Source of the DNA: Promethearchaeota archaeon
GTDB taxonomy: Archaea > Asgardarchaeota > Lokiarchaeia > Sigyniarchaeales > SOKP01
DNA: 64,000 nt
NCBI GenBank assembly: GCA_029838195.1
Contig: JALGVJ010000001.1
Coordinates: 192,001 to 256,000, forward strand
Direction: 5' to 3'
Of the stretch, positions 19,870 through 29,876 are shown in pieces. A model generated the notes under the pieces. That model was not told the origin of the DNA. It ran no database searches and saw only the letters and a list, made by a program, of their open reading frames with translations. How positions within the stretch are numbered: the first letter of the stretch is position 1; the number at the start of each line of letters is the position of its first letter. The position numbers and the translations under genes were made by a program.

Positions 19870-19894
19870 AAGATCTAATCTTCGATTAGATCTT
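19870..19894. promoter_or_regulatory. Perfect 11-bp inverted repeat (operator or hairpin) upstream of the Arf-like GTPase gene
   Basis: AAGATCTAATC-TTC-GATTAGATCTT, just downstream of a TTTATATT TATA-like box. Confidence 0.5.
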
Positions 19895-19921
19895 TTTTAA
19901 ACACTCTCCTATAGGATTATT

Positions 19922-20818
19922 ATGGGGATAAAGGATATTGTAAAGCGCATTTTTGCCAAGAATAAAAAAGTAGTTATATGTGGACTCGATAATGCTGGAA
20001 AATCAACCTTAGTTTCGTTTTTACAAAATGGAACCTTTATAGAGCATGCGCCTACTCTAGGAAAAGAGCAGACGACCCTAGAAGTTCAAGGTGTTCGCAT
20101 GGATCTTATAGATTTAGGAGGCCAAAAAGATTTTCGCTCACTTTGGCTTGGAGAGATGAAAGATGCTGAATGTGTTTTGTTCATGATTGATGCCCATGAT
20201 GTAGAACGTTTTAAGGAGGCAAAGACGGAATTGTGGAAATTATCATCGATATTTGAAACAAAACCTTTGATAATACTGGCAAATAAATATGACCTTGAAC
20301 CTGTCGCAACGGTAAAGGAGATCATCAATGCCTTAGAACTGGATAAGATATCTTCTTTTCAAATCCTGCCTATTTCTTGTAAAACAGGATATGGAATTGT
20401 TAATGCATTTTCAAAAATTTATTATAAATTAACGGGAAAGCAGTTATCCAAAAAAGTTAGTCCAATGGCTTTGACCGTTTTCGATAAAGGCGGGGTTCCT
20501 TTAACCTCCACCTCTAAAGATGATATTTTAAAAGGCGGGTTATTTGCTGCTCTTACCACGTTTGTAAAAGAGTCTTTTAATTCCGAATTAAATCAGCTTA
20601 AGATTGGAGAGCACGTGATTCTTGTGAAGCGTTCCAAGCATTTAATGGGCTCAATCATTTTGAAAGAGGGAGATCATATTGATATTAAGGAAGCGGAAGT
20701 AGGTTTAAATGAATTATTAAGCCATCTAGAACACATGTGTCCGGAGCTTGAGGAGCAAAAATTAGACACGAGTAAGATTGAATATTTAGTGAAACAATAT
20801 TCGACGAATTTATTATAA
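19922..20818 (+). CDS. Arf-family small GTPase with C-terminal longin-like domain
   Basis: MG plus amphipathic helix, GLDNAGKS, PTLG, DLGGQ..R.LW, NKYD, SCK; C-terminal LTVFDKGGVPL...GGLFAALTTF. Confidence 0.88.
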   Translation: MGIKDIVKRIFAKNKKVVICGLDNAGKSTLVSFLQNGTFIEHAPTLGKEQTTLEVQGVRMDLIDLGGQKDFRSLWLGEMKDAECVLFMIDAHDVERFKEAKTELWKLSSIFETKPLIILANKYDLEPVATVKEIINALELDKISSFQILPISCKTGYGIVNAFSKIYYKLTGKQLSKKVSPMALTVFDKGGVPLTSTSKDDILKGGLFAALTTFVKESFNSELNQLKIGEHVILVKRSKHLMGSIILKEGDHIDIKEAEVGLNELLSHLEHMCPELEEQKLDTSKIEYLVKQYSTNLL

Positions 20819-20869
20819 AAATTTTTTTTAACTTTATTTTTTCTCTTATTTACATCTTATCTCTTGTTT

Positions 20870-23266
20870 TTATTCGTGTTCCTTAAGTTTAAAATAAAGT
20901 TGACGATTTATTTTTAAGAATTCAAGTAAATTGATGGCACTTGCTCTTTCATAAAATTTACGTGCCTCATCGATATTTCCTTGGAGTTCATGGATCAGTC
21001 CAAGGGAAGTTAAAGCGTTCAAGTGGTGGGATTTTAAATTAATTACTTTTTCTAAATTTTCAATGGCTTTATTGAAGAGATCTTTAAATAGATAAGCCTG
21101 CGCAAGGTAATAATAGGCATCAGGGAAGGTATCATCAATTTTTATTAATTCGAGTGCTTGATTAATTACTTTCTCGAGGTCATCTTTCTTTAATAATTCT
21201 TGAATTGAGATGACTAAGTAATTTTTTAGTTCATCTTTAATTTTTAAAATCAAATTCTCTTTTAATTTTTCATTCTTGCTTATATTACTAAAAAACAAGG
21301 CCTTATTTAAGATGGCAAAAATCTCATCCCAATTTTTAGTATCATGTAATTTTTGAGATAGAAGAAAAATAGAATGTATTAATTCCTCAAGGAGATTATC
21401 TTTCTCTGCTTTATTCTCCATTTCCTCGATAATTTCATGAGATTTTTCGAGCAATTTTGATAAATTATCAATTTGATTAGCAGCAAGCATTATATTAAAA
21501 AGGTTCAAGAGATTTTTAAAAATATTCTTCAATACTTGTTCCTTATTCTCCTTGAGTTCAAAAGTTTGACTAATAGACAGGGCACGATCAATATTTTCGA
21601 GTGCTTTTTCATGAATTCCTTTCTTGAAATCTTGATTAAAATGTTCTAAAAGCATGTTTATTTTAGAGCCATGAATATCATCAATCAGATTTTTGATTTC
21701 TAGTAATTCTTGCGCTTTTAATTCAGGATCAGTGATATTTTCAGCAGAAGCTAATCTTTTCTTTAATTCTTCATGTTGTTCTGAGAATTCCTTTTCTATT
21801 AATAAATCCTCGCCTTTTGCTATAGTTTCTTTTAATTCCACGCGTTTCATTAATTTATTGATATTATCTATTTCCTCATCCATTTCTTTTGATAGATACA
21901 TTTTATTAGTAATACTGAGCGCATCTTTTAGAATTTTTTTTGCTTCGTTAAAAGATCCCTCGTTTGCTTTATTTCTTGCATTATCCATCAATTCATGTAT
22001 CTGAATGGAATAAATTTCATTAATGAATCGTTTAAGCTCTTGAATGGGTTGATTTTCATCTTCGGCACATGCTAAGTTCTTAGCGATGCTTAAAGCAGAA
22101 TATATCATTCCAATGGCTTCTTCGTATTTCCTTTCTTTTACGAGATGTTTGGCGGTTTCTTTTCGAGCATGAATTCCTTTCGTGCAAGTTTTTTCTAACA
22201 ATTCACTAATCTTGGCTACTTCTTGTTCCTTTTGTTTTGAATTTATCAGTGAATCTGCTATAGTTAAGGCTTTTTTAAGGAGGCTCATGGCATCAGTAAT
22301 TAGTTTTGTAGATTGTTCAAAATTTTCTTCCTGAATTAAAGCTATTGCTTGTTCAAATAAAGAATTTACTTCCTCTTTTAGGTAAGGATCTAAAATTGAG
22401 CTTAATTGCTCAACATGCTGGATTTTTTGGTCGGTTTCTTCCATGGTTTCAATGATTTCCCTTGCTTGCGTGAAAAAAGGGAGAGCATTTTCAAGATTCC
22501 CTTGTTTTAATAAGGATTCTCCTTCCTTAATTAGCGGTTCTACTTTAATTCCATGAATTTCATTTATTTTTTCTTTTAAATTTAAAGTTAAAGGTTCTAA
22601 AATTTCAGAATAAGGAGATTTTTTTAAAAAATTAAGCTTGTCGTGAAGCATGTTTAAAGATTTTTCTAATTCTTTTTGACCAATTAACGCATTTATCTCT
22701 ATTAAGCATTGGTCTACAAGGGAATGATATACTTGTTCCGTTATTTTTTGAATTTGCTCTTCCATCTTACTCTTGGTACTTGAAGAGGGTGCTTCGATTA
22801 CTTGTTTTTGCGCTTTTTTTAATTCACGCATGGCCTCTTCAATGTTATCTTGCTCCATGTATGCCGCAATGGATTCAATAGTATTATTAAACTCATTGAT
22901 CATGAGTATATTTTTAACATGAGCGGTGAGATTTCCTCTAATTTCAAGATTATCAATTTTTTCTGACACGCTCAAGGCTTCTTCTAAAAGTTTTTTAGCG
23001 TCTGCTGATTTTCTCTCCTCCATTAGTTCCTTAGCCTTTAAAATAATGGAATTTATCTTATCCGAATGAATGTTAGTTATTGCATTCTCTATTTTCTCTA
23101 ATTGCTCGTTAACCAGTTCTTCATCTTTAAAACCCGAAGAGATTAATTCCTTTGCTTCTTCGAATTTCAGAATTGCTGAATCAAAATCTTCTCGTGTCTT
23201 GAATTCATTAGCTTCTTTCATTAGTCCTTCGATTTTCTTTAAGAGAGAAGATCTTTTTTTAATCAT
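20870..23266 (-). CDS. Large TPR/alpha-solenoid repeat protein
   Basis: Repeated helical-hairpin pattern; canonical TPRs at the C-terminus (PDAYYYLAQAY, ALTSLGLIHELQG). Confidence 0.8.
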   Translation of the reverse strand: MIKKRSSLLKKIEGLMKEANEFKTREDFDSAILKFEEAKELISSGFKDEELVNEQLEKIENAITNIHSDKINSIILKAKELMEERKSADAKKLLEEALSVSEKIDNLEIRGNLTAHVKNILMINEFNNTIESIAAYMEQDNIEEAMRELKKAQKQVIEAPSSSTKSKMEEQIQKITEQVYHSLVDQCLIEINALIGQKELEKSLNMLHDKLNFLKKSPYSEILEPLTLNLKEKINEIHGIKVEPLIKEGESLLKQGNLENALPFFTQAREIIETMEETDQKIQHVEQLSSILDPYLKEEVNSLFEQAIALIQEENFEQSTKLITDAMSLLKKALTIADSLINSKQKEQEVAKISELLEKTCTKGIHARKETAKHLVKERKYEEAIGMIYSALSIAKNLACAEDENQPIQELKRFINEIYSIQIHELMDNARNKANEGSFNEAKKILKDALSITNKMYLSKEMDEEIDNINKLMKRVELKETIAKGEDLLIEKEFSEQHEELKKRLASAENITDPELKAQELLEIKNLIDDIHGSKINMLLEHFNQDFKKGIHEKALENIDRALSISQTFELKENKEQVLKNIFKNLLNLFNIMLAANQIDNLSKLLEKSHEIIEEMENKAEKDNLLEELIHSIFLLSQKLHDTKNWDEIFAILNKALFFSNISKNEKLKENLILKIKDELKNYLVISIQELLKKDDLEKVINQALELIKIDDTFPDAYYYLAQAYLFKDLFNKAIENLEKVINLKSHHLNALTSLGLIHELQGNIDEARKFYERASAINLLEFLKINRQLYFKLKEHE

Positions 23267-23565
23267 GAGCCCGTTCTAACCTCAGACAAGTTTATACTAA
23301 TTAAATAATAATTCCCTTTAAAAAATATTGCGACCCATGTTTTGATTAATAAAGATGAGCTCTTTTTAATTTTATTTACTTTACTGTAAAAATAACAAGC
23401 TTTATTATTAAATAGATTTTCGAGAAATCATGTTAACGCAATGCTAATTAAGGTAAAAAAGTGAATTTTTAAGATTCTTCCGTGAATAATAGATTTTAAA
23501 ACGAGTGAATGATTAAATAGAATATTTATAGAAGTGAGATATAAAATTTTAAATAGGAAATAAAC

Positions 23566-25179
23566 ATGGCAAGTAAAAAATTATTTCATGGCGGAACCAT
23601 TCTTACCATGAATGATGATTTACCAAGAGTTGAAGCCGTGGGAACAATCGATGAAAAAATTGTTGCAGTCGGAACACTTGAACAAGTCAAGAAAATATTG
23701 GGGGAAGATCATGAATTAATTAATTTAAACGGGGGGAGCCTCCTTCCCGGATTTATCGATTGCCACGTTCATCCTGTTGGCTCTCTCTTTTATTATATTT
23801 ATCCCGAGCTTTCCGAAGTAAAAAGTATTGAAGAAGTAAAGGAAATCCTCAAAAAACATGCTAAAGATAAAAATAATGAGGATTTAATTTTAGGCTTAAA
23901 TTTCAATGAACAAAATTTTGATGAATCTAAATTACCTACTCGTTGGGATCTTGATGATGCTATTCCTGAAAAGCCGTGTGCAATTTTAAGAACAGACGGG
24001 CATCTAATTGTAGCTAATTCAAAAGCTTTAGAATGGGCGGGAATTACAACAGAGACAATCCCTCCGGAAGGGGGAGAAATTCAAAAAGATGATACCGGTA
24101 ATTTAACAGGAATTTTAACGGAAAATGCAACTAATCTCATCATGAACAAATTAACACCTCCAGATGCCGATACAATTAATGAAGCTACGTTAAAATTTTC
24201 CCAAGATCTGGCAAAAAAAGGAATTACTTCGATTCACGGAGTGATTGAATTGGATACGAAAGGCGGTGTAGAAAATTTAGGTGGCGTATCGATTCCCATC
24301 ATGAAATTAATAAAATCCCAATTCTTACAAAATTGCTACTTCCTTGTATATACCCAAACTCCGAAAAAACTTAAGAGAATAAAAAAGCCACCCTTGCATG
24401 AGGACATGGAAGATGGAAAATATAAAATTGGAGGATTAAAATCTTGGTTTGATGGTACATTCGGCTCATCTTCAGCTTTAATGTTCGAAAATTTCGCAGA
24501 TCAGCCGGAGAAAAATGGATTCTTGGTCATCAATGAAAATGTTTTATATGAGCGCATGAAAGCTGCCCACGAGCTTGGATATCAAATTGCAATTCACGCC
24601 ATTGGAGATAAGGCTAATCGCATGATCGTGAACATGTATGAGAAAATTTTGAATGAGTCCCCCCGACCAGATCATCGTCATAGAATAGAACATGCATCCA
24701 TGCTTACTGAGGATGTGATTAACGACATGAAAAAATTAGGTCTAATCGCCAGTTGCCAACCCTCCTTCCTTAATTCTGAATATACATGGTTGGAAAAACG
24801 GCTTGGTAAACAGAGGTGTAAACATGTTTATCCTTATAAATCTCTAATCTCAGCAGGAGTGCTCGTAGCTGCGGGCTCTGATTGTCCCGTTGAAGACCCT
24901 AACCCAATTTTAGGACTACATGCATTAGTAACACGCAATGGATTTATTCCAGAAGAGTGCATTCCTATCGAGGAAGCCCTAAAGTTTTATACGGTTAACG
25001 CGGCCATGGCGAGTTTTCAAGAGCACGTGCGAGGTTCAATTGAAATTGGTAAAATGGCAGATCTCGTCATTCTTGATAAAAATCCATTAAAAGTTCCTCC
25101 AAATGAAATAAAGAACTTGCGTGTTCTTTCCACATTCATTAGAGGCAAGAGAGTATATAAAGCCGATGCGGATTCATGA
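23566..25179 (+). CDS. Amidohydrolase 3 family (YtcJ-like), copy 1
   Basis: PGFIDCHVH, HAIGD, RHRIEH, GSDCP, GSIEIGKMADLVILD. Confidence 0.92.
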   Translation: MASKKLFHGGTILTMNDDLPRVEAVGTIDEKIVAVGTLEQVKKILGEDHELINLNGGSLLPGFIDCHVHPVGSLFYYIYPELSEVKSIEEVKEILKKHAKDKNNEDLILGLNFNEQNFDESKLPTRWDLDDAIPEKPCAILRTDGHLIVANSKALEWAGITTETIPPEGGEIQKDDTGNLTGILTENATNLIMNKLTPPDADTINEATLKFSQDLAKKGITSIHGVIELDTKGGVENLGGVSIPIMKLIKSQFLQNCYFLVYTQTPKKLKRIKKPPLHEDMEDGKYKIGGLKSWFDGTFGSSSALMFENFADQPEKNGFLVINENVLYERMKAAHELGYQIAIHAIGDKANRMIVNMYEKILNESPRPDHRHRIEHASMLTEDVINDMKKLGLIASCQPSFLNSEYTWLEKRLGKQRCKHVYPYKSLISAGVLVAAGSDCPVEDPNPILGLHALVTRNGFIPEECIPIEEALKFYTVNAAMASFQEHVRGSIEIGKMADLVILDKNPLKVPPNEIKNLRVLSTFIRGKRVYKADADS

Positions 25180-25274
25180 ATTTAATATTGCATTACTTCA
25201 AATTTAATAAGTAAATATGTTATGTATTTTCATTCTAAATATATTTTAAAATTAAAATACCAAGAGCATGATAA

Positions 25275-26897
25275 ATGTCTGAAAAGAAAATTTTTCACGG
25301 AGGCCCCATTCTCACCATGAATGATTCCATTCCAATGGTTGAATGCGTGGGGATTGAGGGAGAAAAGATTGTTGCCGTAGGAAAACTTTCGGATGTAAAA
25401 GCTAAAATGGGAGCAAGTGCTAAAATCATTGATTTAAAAGGTAATATAATGGTACCAGGATTTCATGATTGTCATTGCCATCCTATAGGATACATTTTTT
25501 TCCAAATTGTTCTTAATTTACGGGGACTTACGAGTTATGAGAAGTTTTTAACACGTTTGATAGAAGCATGCAAAACAAGAAAGCCGGGTGAATGGATATT
25601 TGGAGTTGCATATGATGAGTTAAAATTTGAAAATCCAGAGGATAGAAAATTACCTAATCGATGGGATCTTGATAAGGCATGCCCAAATAATCCTGTTTTC
25701 ATTTTGCGTTTTGATGGGCATGTTGGAATAGCTAATAGCTTAGCTCTACAAGAAGCAGGGATTGATGAGTCATCAGAACCGCCAGAAGGAAGTGAATATC
25801 GGAAAAACGAAAAAGGAGAATTAACCGGAGTGGTCACGGAACAAGCGGCGAGAATGTTTTTAGGTAAATATGCCATTCCAAGCATGAAACAAGTAAAAGA
25901 AGCGGCCCTTAAAGCTTTTAATGATTTAGCTGCAAGAGGAATTACATCACTTCATGGCATTCTTAGTTTAAGTAGAGGGGGTGAATTTGAAGATATTGGA
26001 GCCATTGAAATTCCGATAATGAAAGCTGTTCAAGATCAAATCCTCCAAAACATGTATGCCATGATTTATTCTAAATCACCAAAAAAGATTAAAAAAATTA
26101 AAAAACCACCGTTGCATGGAGGAGAAAAAGAGAGTCAATTTAAAATAGGCGCTGTAAAATTATTTATTGATGGTTCCTTGGGAGCAAGTACGGCATGGAT
26201 GTTAGAACCGTATACTGACAATCCAACTTCTAATGGATTATGTGTACATGATGATATAGAGGAGCTTTATAAAGAAATGAAAGAAGCACATGAATTAGGA
26301 TATCAATTAGCAATTCATGCAATTGGAGATAAAGGAAATAGAGTCGTGGTTGATTTATATAAAAGATTGCTCCAAGAATCGCCCAAAAAGGACCATCGCC
26401 ATCGAATTGAGCACGTTTCCGTTATAACTCCAGACACAATTAAAGATATGAAAGAACTGGGTTTGATCGCTTCAATTCAGCCTCCTTTTATCACTACGGA
26501 TGCACCGTTAATAAAATACCGTCTTGGTGAAAAAAGAGCCAAATTCACTTATCCTTTTAAATCTCTTGTAGATGCGGGTATTCTTATTGCTTCCGGGTCT
26601 GATATGCCCGTAGAAATACCCGATCCGATATTTGGACTCTATGCGCTTTGCACGAGGGGAGGCTTCGTGCCAGAACAATGCATCTCCATTCATGATGCTT
26701 TAAAATCATATACGATTAATGCTGCTTTTGCTGCATTTGAAGAAGATATAAAAGGAAGCATTGAAGAGGGAAAGTTAGCAGATTTGGTTATTTTAGATAA
26801 AAATCCTATCGAAGTAGCTCGAAAAAATCCAGAAGATTTAAAAGATATTAAGATAGTAGAGACGATTATTCGAGGAAAAAGTGTTTATAAAAGGTGA
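25275..26897 (+). CDS. Amidohydrolase 3 family (YtcJ-like), copy 2
   Basis: PGFHDCHCH, HAIGD, RHRIEH, GSDMP, GKLADLVILD; tandem paralogue. Confidence 0.92.
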   Translation: MSEKKIFHGGPILTMNDSIPMVECVGIEGEKIVAVGKLSDVKAKMGASAKIIDLKGNIMVPGFHDCHCHPIGYIFFQIVLNLRGLTSYEKFLTRLIEACKTRKPGEWIFGVAYDELKFENPEDRKLPNRWDLDKACPNNPVFILRFDGHVGIANSLALQEAGIDESSEPPEGSEYRKNEKGELTGVVTEQAARMFLGKYAIPSMKQVKEAALKAFNDLAARGITSLHGILSLSRGGEFEDIGAIEIPIMKAVQDQILQNMYAMIYSKSPKKIKKIKKPPLHGGEKESQFKIGAVKLFIDGSLGASTAWMLEPYTDNPTSNGLCVHDDIEELYKEMKEAHELGYQLAIHAIGDKGNRVVVDLYKRLLQESPKKDHRHRIEHVSVITPDTIKDMKELGLIASIQPPFITTDAPLIKYRLGEKRAKFTYPFKSLVDAGILIASGSDMPVEIPDPIFGLYALCTRGGFVPEQCISIHDALKSYTINAAFAAFEEDIKGSIEEGKLADLVILDKNPIEVARKNPEDLKDIKIVETIIRGKSVYKR

Positions 26898-26968
26898 TTA
26901 GCGTTCTCGTACCCGTGGATGTGTTTAAATAGTAGAGACGATTATTCGAGGAAAAAGTGTTTATAAAA
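26853..26968 (+). repeat. 40-bp exact direct repeat of the amidohydrolase 3' end with a 36-bp spacer
   Basis: ATAGTAGAGACGATTATTCGAGGAAAAAGTGTTTATAAAA at 26853-26892 and 26929-26968. Confidence 0.92.
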
Positions 26969-27017
26969 AGTAAATCAATTTTTTTATTAAACCTATATTT
27001 CTTCATTTCTTTAAAAA

Positions 27018-27827
27018 ATGAGCAAGCAAAAAGGTCGCTATAAAATAATTCAAGAGAAAGAGTATTTATACATCATTCAAGAAAGCATTAGCGATATCCA
27101 TCCCGTTTATAAAAATAGTCCTTTGAACTTATATTTATTAATTGGCACGTATAAGGCCCTTCTCATTGATACGGGCTGTAGAATCGAACCTTTAAAGCCA
27201 ATAATAGAAGAAATAATTAACGAAAAGGCTCTTATCGTCGTTAATTCTCATTTTCATTGGGATCATGTTTTGGGAAATGGGGATTTTAATGAAGTATATA
27301 TTCACGAAAAAGAAGCAAGTTATATTTCAAGGCCTTATAATATCTCTTTTTTAAAAACATCTCCCCTCGAAACGATTAAAGCATATGAACAGCATGATTT
27401 CATGATTCCTCCTGCAAGGACGATAAAAACATTAACGGACGGAGATAGAATTGAATTAGGCGGCTTAGAGGTTATTATCTTACATGCGCCTGGACATTCT
27501 CCTGGCTCTATTTGTTTTCTTTCTGATAAAAACGAGCTTTTCACGGGAGATGTTGCGTATTATGGAGAACAATTTTTACCTTCTCCGGCAAATTTTCCTA
27601 TCGTATTGAGAAGCTTGGAAAAGTTAATTACCGTTTGTAAGGAAAAGAAATCCATTAAATTATATCCTTCTCATGGAATCACGCCCTGTGATATCACTCT
27701 TTTAATTAAACTTCATGCGGGTATAAAAAACATTAAAAATATCTGGAATTCAAGGAAATTACATTATTTTTTTTCTGCTCATGAGGTTAAAGATGATACC
27801 TTTACCTATTATGTTTCACTTTTTTAA
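27018..27827 (+). CDS. Metallo-beta-lactamase-fold hydrolase
   Basis: LIDTG, SHFHWDH, PGHSPG, FTGD, PSHG. Confidence 0.9.
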   Translation: MSKQKGRYKIIQEKEYLYIIQESISDIHPVYKNSPLNLYLLIGTYKALLIDTGCRIEPLKPIIEEIINEKALIVVNSHFHWDHVLGNGDFNEVYIHEKEASYISRPYNISFLKTSPLETIKAYEQHDFMIPPARTIKTLTDGDRIELGGLEVIILHAPGHSPGSICFLSDKNELFTGDVAYYGEQFLPSPANFPIVLRSLEKLITVCKEKKSIKLYPSHGITPCDITLLIKLHAGIKNIKNIWNSRKLHYFFSAHEVKDDTFTYYVSLF

Positions 27828-27830
27828 ATG

Positions 27831-28970
27831 TTAATCCGTAAAATAGAGATGTTCATCAAATCCCGTGGCTCTGATGAGGTCTTGTCCTAATTTTTGAAGG
27901 GCTTTTTTAGAAGGATTTAACAAAATTTTATTCGAAATATTCACTACTTTTTCTAATTTAGAATCGGAAAAATCTTTAATGATATTGTCATAACGGGAAA
28001 ATTCAATTCCTGCCGTATAAACTCCCGTACTTCCGGGCCTTGCAGAAGAAGAAACTTGCCAATGTTCCACTTTTAATTCGATTTTAGAGAGCAAGAAGCT
28101 ATTGGTAAACCAATCTAATAATAGCGTTAATCTTCGTGAATTTCTTTTGTTATCTCCGAGCATTTTCAGAGCCCTATTCAACCGATCGGGATGCATTTGT
28201 TGAAACACTTTTTCTTGATTTTCACTCATTCGGTCTTTAACAATTCTTTTAATTTTTTCGAGGATCTCTTCTACTTGCTTCCGTCTTTGTTCTCCAATCT
28301 CTTGTTGGATAGATTCAACATGATGGCTTATTATCTCATTCTTCTTTTTTTCATCTATCATTTCTTTTTCTTCAGCTCCCCCCTCTCGTTGCTGGAGTTC
28401 TGGTGGGAGGCTTATTATTTCTTTTGGGGGCAAACAAAATATTGAATCAATTTTCTCCGGATTCTTCTTGATATCATCGATTTTATTTTTAATTTCCTCC
28501 TCCGAATATCCCATTTCCTTTAGATAAAATTCTGCGGAAGCTAATTGATTTTCTAAAGCTTCGTACGAGCTATAAGTTTGCCCTCCAAATTCTTTTTGTA
28601 ATTGTTCATCTCCTAAAAGACTGATCTTATTTTCGGTAAGCTCTTCTTCTGATAATTGCTCTAATTTGCTTAAAACGTATCTGGTCTGATTTTCCGTAAA
28701 ATAACTCAGAGTTCCCGTTGGACCTGTTAATTGCGATAATTTTTCTAATTTTGGAATTATACTTTTAAGGCTTTCAGCCCCACCTTCGGATACTTTTTTT
28801 AAAAAATGTTTCAATATTTCTTTATTAAAGCCCGCAGCAATTTTCAAGGTTGATTCCTCAAGTGCATCCAATAATGGCCTTATTTTGTCTTCATGGAATT
28901 CCGGAATATCATTTAAACCATATATAGAGATGTTTTCCAAGATAAATGCAATATAATCTCTTTTTTCCAT
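27831..28970 (-). CDS. Hypothetical protein (helical, charged)
   Basis: 379-aa ORF with GGAG SD; no recognised motif. Confidence 0.75.
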   Translation of the reverse strand: MEKRDYIAFILENISIYGLNDIPEFHEDKIRPLLDALEESTLKIAAGFNKEILKHFLKKVSEGGAESLKSIIPKLEKLSQLTGPTGTLSYFTENQTRYVLSKLEQLSEEELTENKISLLGDEQLQKEFGGQTYSSYEALENQLASAEFYLKEMGYSEEEIKNKIDDIKKNPEKIDSIFCLPPKEIISLPPELQQREGGAEEKEMIDEKKKNEIISHHVESIQQEIGEQRRKQVEEILEKIKRIVKDRMSENQEKVFQQMHPDRLNRALKMLGDNKRNSRRLTLLLDWFTNSFLLSKIELKVEHWQVSSSARPGSTGVYTAGIEFSRYDNIIKDFSDSKLEKVVNISNKILLNPSKKALQKLGQDLIRATGFDEHLYFTD

Positions 28971-29067
28971 TTTAATCTCCTAATAAGCGAATCAATTAAA
29001 CTTGAAAGTATTAAGATATTAAGACATTTTTTTAATAACAAATGAAAGATTTAACTTTTATTTTTTT

Positions 29068-29550
29068 TCACATGATTTTTTTTACAATACGTCTCGCAAA
29101 TTCCATTTGTTCTCTTGTTTCTAAACTACAAGGCCTTTTTTTTTTAATCCATTTCACGGGATCCATGTTTTTTGGAATATAATTATTCTTTGCAGCCCAT
29201 GCCACGATCATTTGTCCTGTTCGTCCACAACCCGCAACACAATGAGTCACGATAGCTTCTTTCCTTTTTCCATGATAGTCAGTAATCTTTAGAAATCGTT
29301 CAATTTGCTCCTCTGTAGGAATCCCATAATCCGGAATCCTTATATGATAATAGGAATAATTGGAAGGAATATTTCTTTTATTATCGAATTCCGAGCAATT
29401 AATTATTACCTTTATATTTTCTCTCTCGTAAATTTTTAACACCATGTTATCCGGCCACCAACTCGCCGCCATTTTATTTTTAACGATCCAATCGAAAGGA
29501 TTTGCTTTTTCTGGCATCCCGCCGATTGGCCAATACCAAGGTCGATCCAT
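29068..29550 (-). CDS. Dual-specificity / protein-tyrosine phosphatase
   Basis: HCVAGCGRTG P-loop (CX5R), IPD acid loop, RP.SLET.EQ. Confidence 0.92.
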   Translation of the reverse strand: MDRPWYWPIGGMPEKANPFDWIVKNKMAASWWPDNMVLKIYERENIKVIINCSEFDNKRNIPSNYSYYHIRIPDYGIPTEEQIERFLKITDYHGKRKEAIVTHCVAGCGRTGQMIVAWAAKNNYIPKNMDPVKWIKKKRPCSLETREQMEFARRIVKKIM

Positions 29551-29876
29551 TTTTAATCCTTAATCCTTCCTTTATTAAATTCCAAACTCTCATGCATTTC
29601 AACGATCAATAATATCTAACTTTTATTATTTTTCTACGAAGAATAATTAAATCAATGACAAAAGCAGGGAATAGGAAATCCCCTTAGATTTTTTATCCTT
29701 GATAAGTAATTTTAACATCGTGCCCTCTTTATCAGCATTTCATTAAATATAAATTGCCTTTCCTTGCAAAATTCACAATTCTTTATTTATCTAAAATCTT
29801 TTATAACTTGAGTATTACTTCAACCATATAATTTAAATTCCCGAATATTTATTTACTCATTTTCTTGGGAGCATTC

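Noticed and set aside
26853-26968. Repeat-spacer-repeat (40/36/40 bp) as a minimal CRISPR array
   Set aside because: The repeat is the coding 3' end of the amidohydrolase, there are only two copies, it is not palindromic, and there are no cas genes or leader
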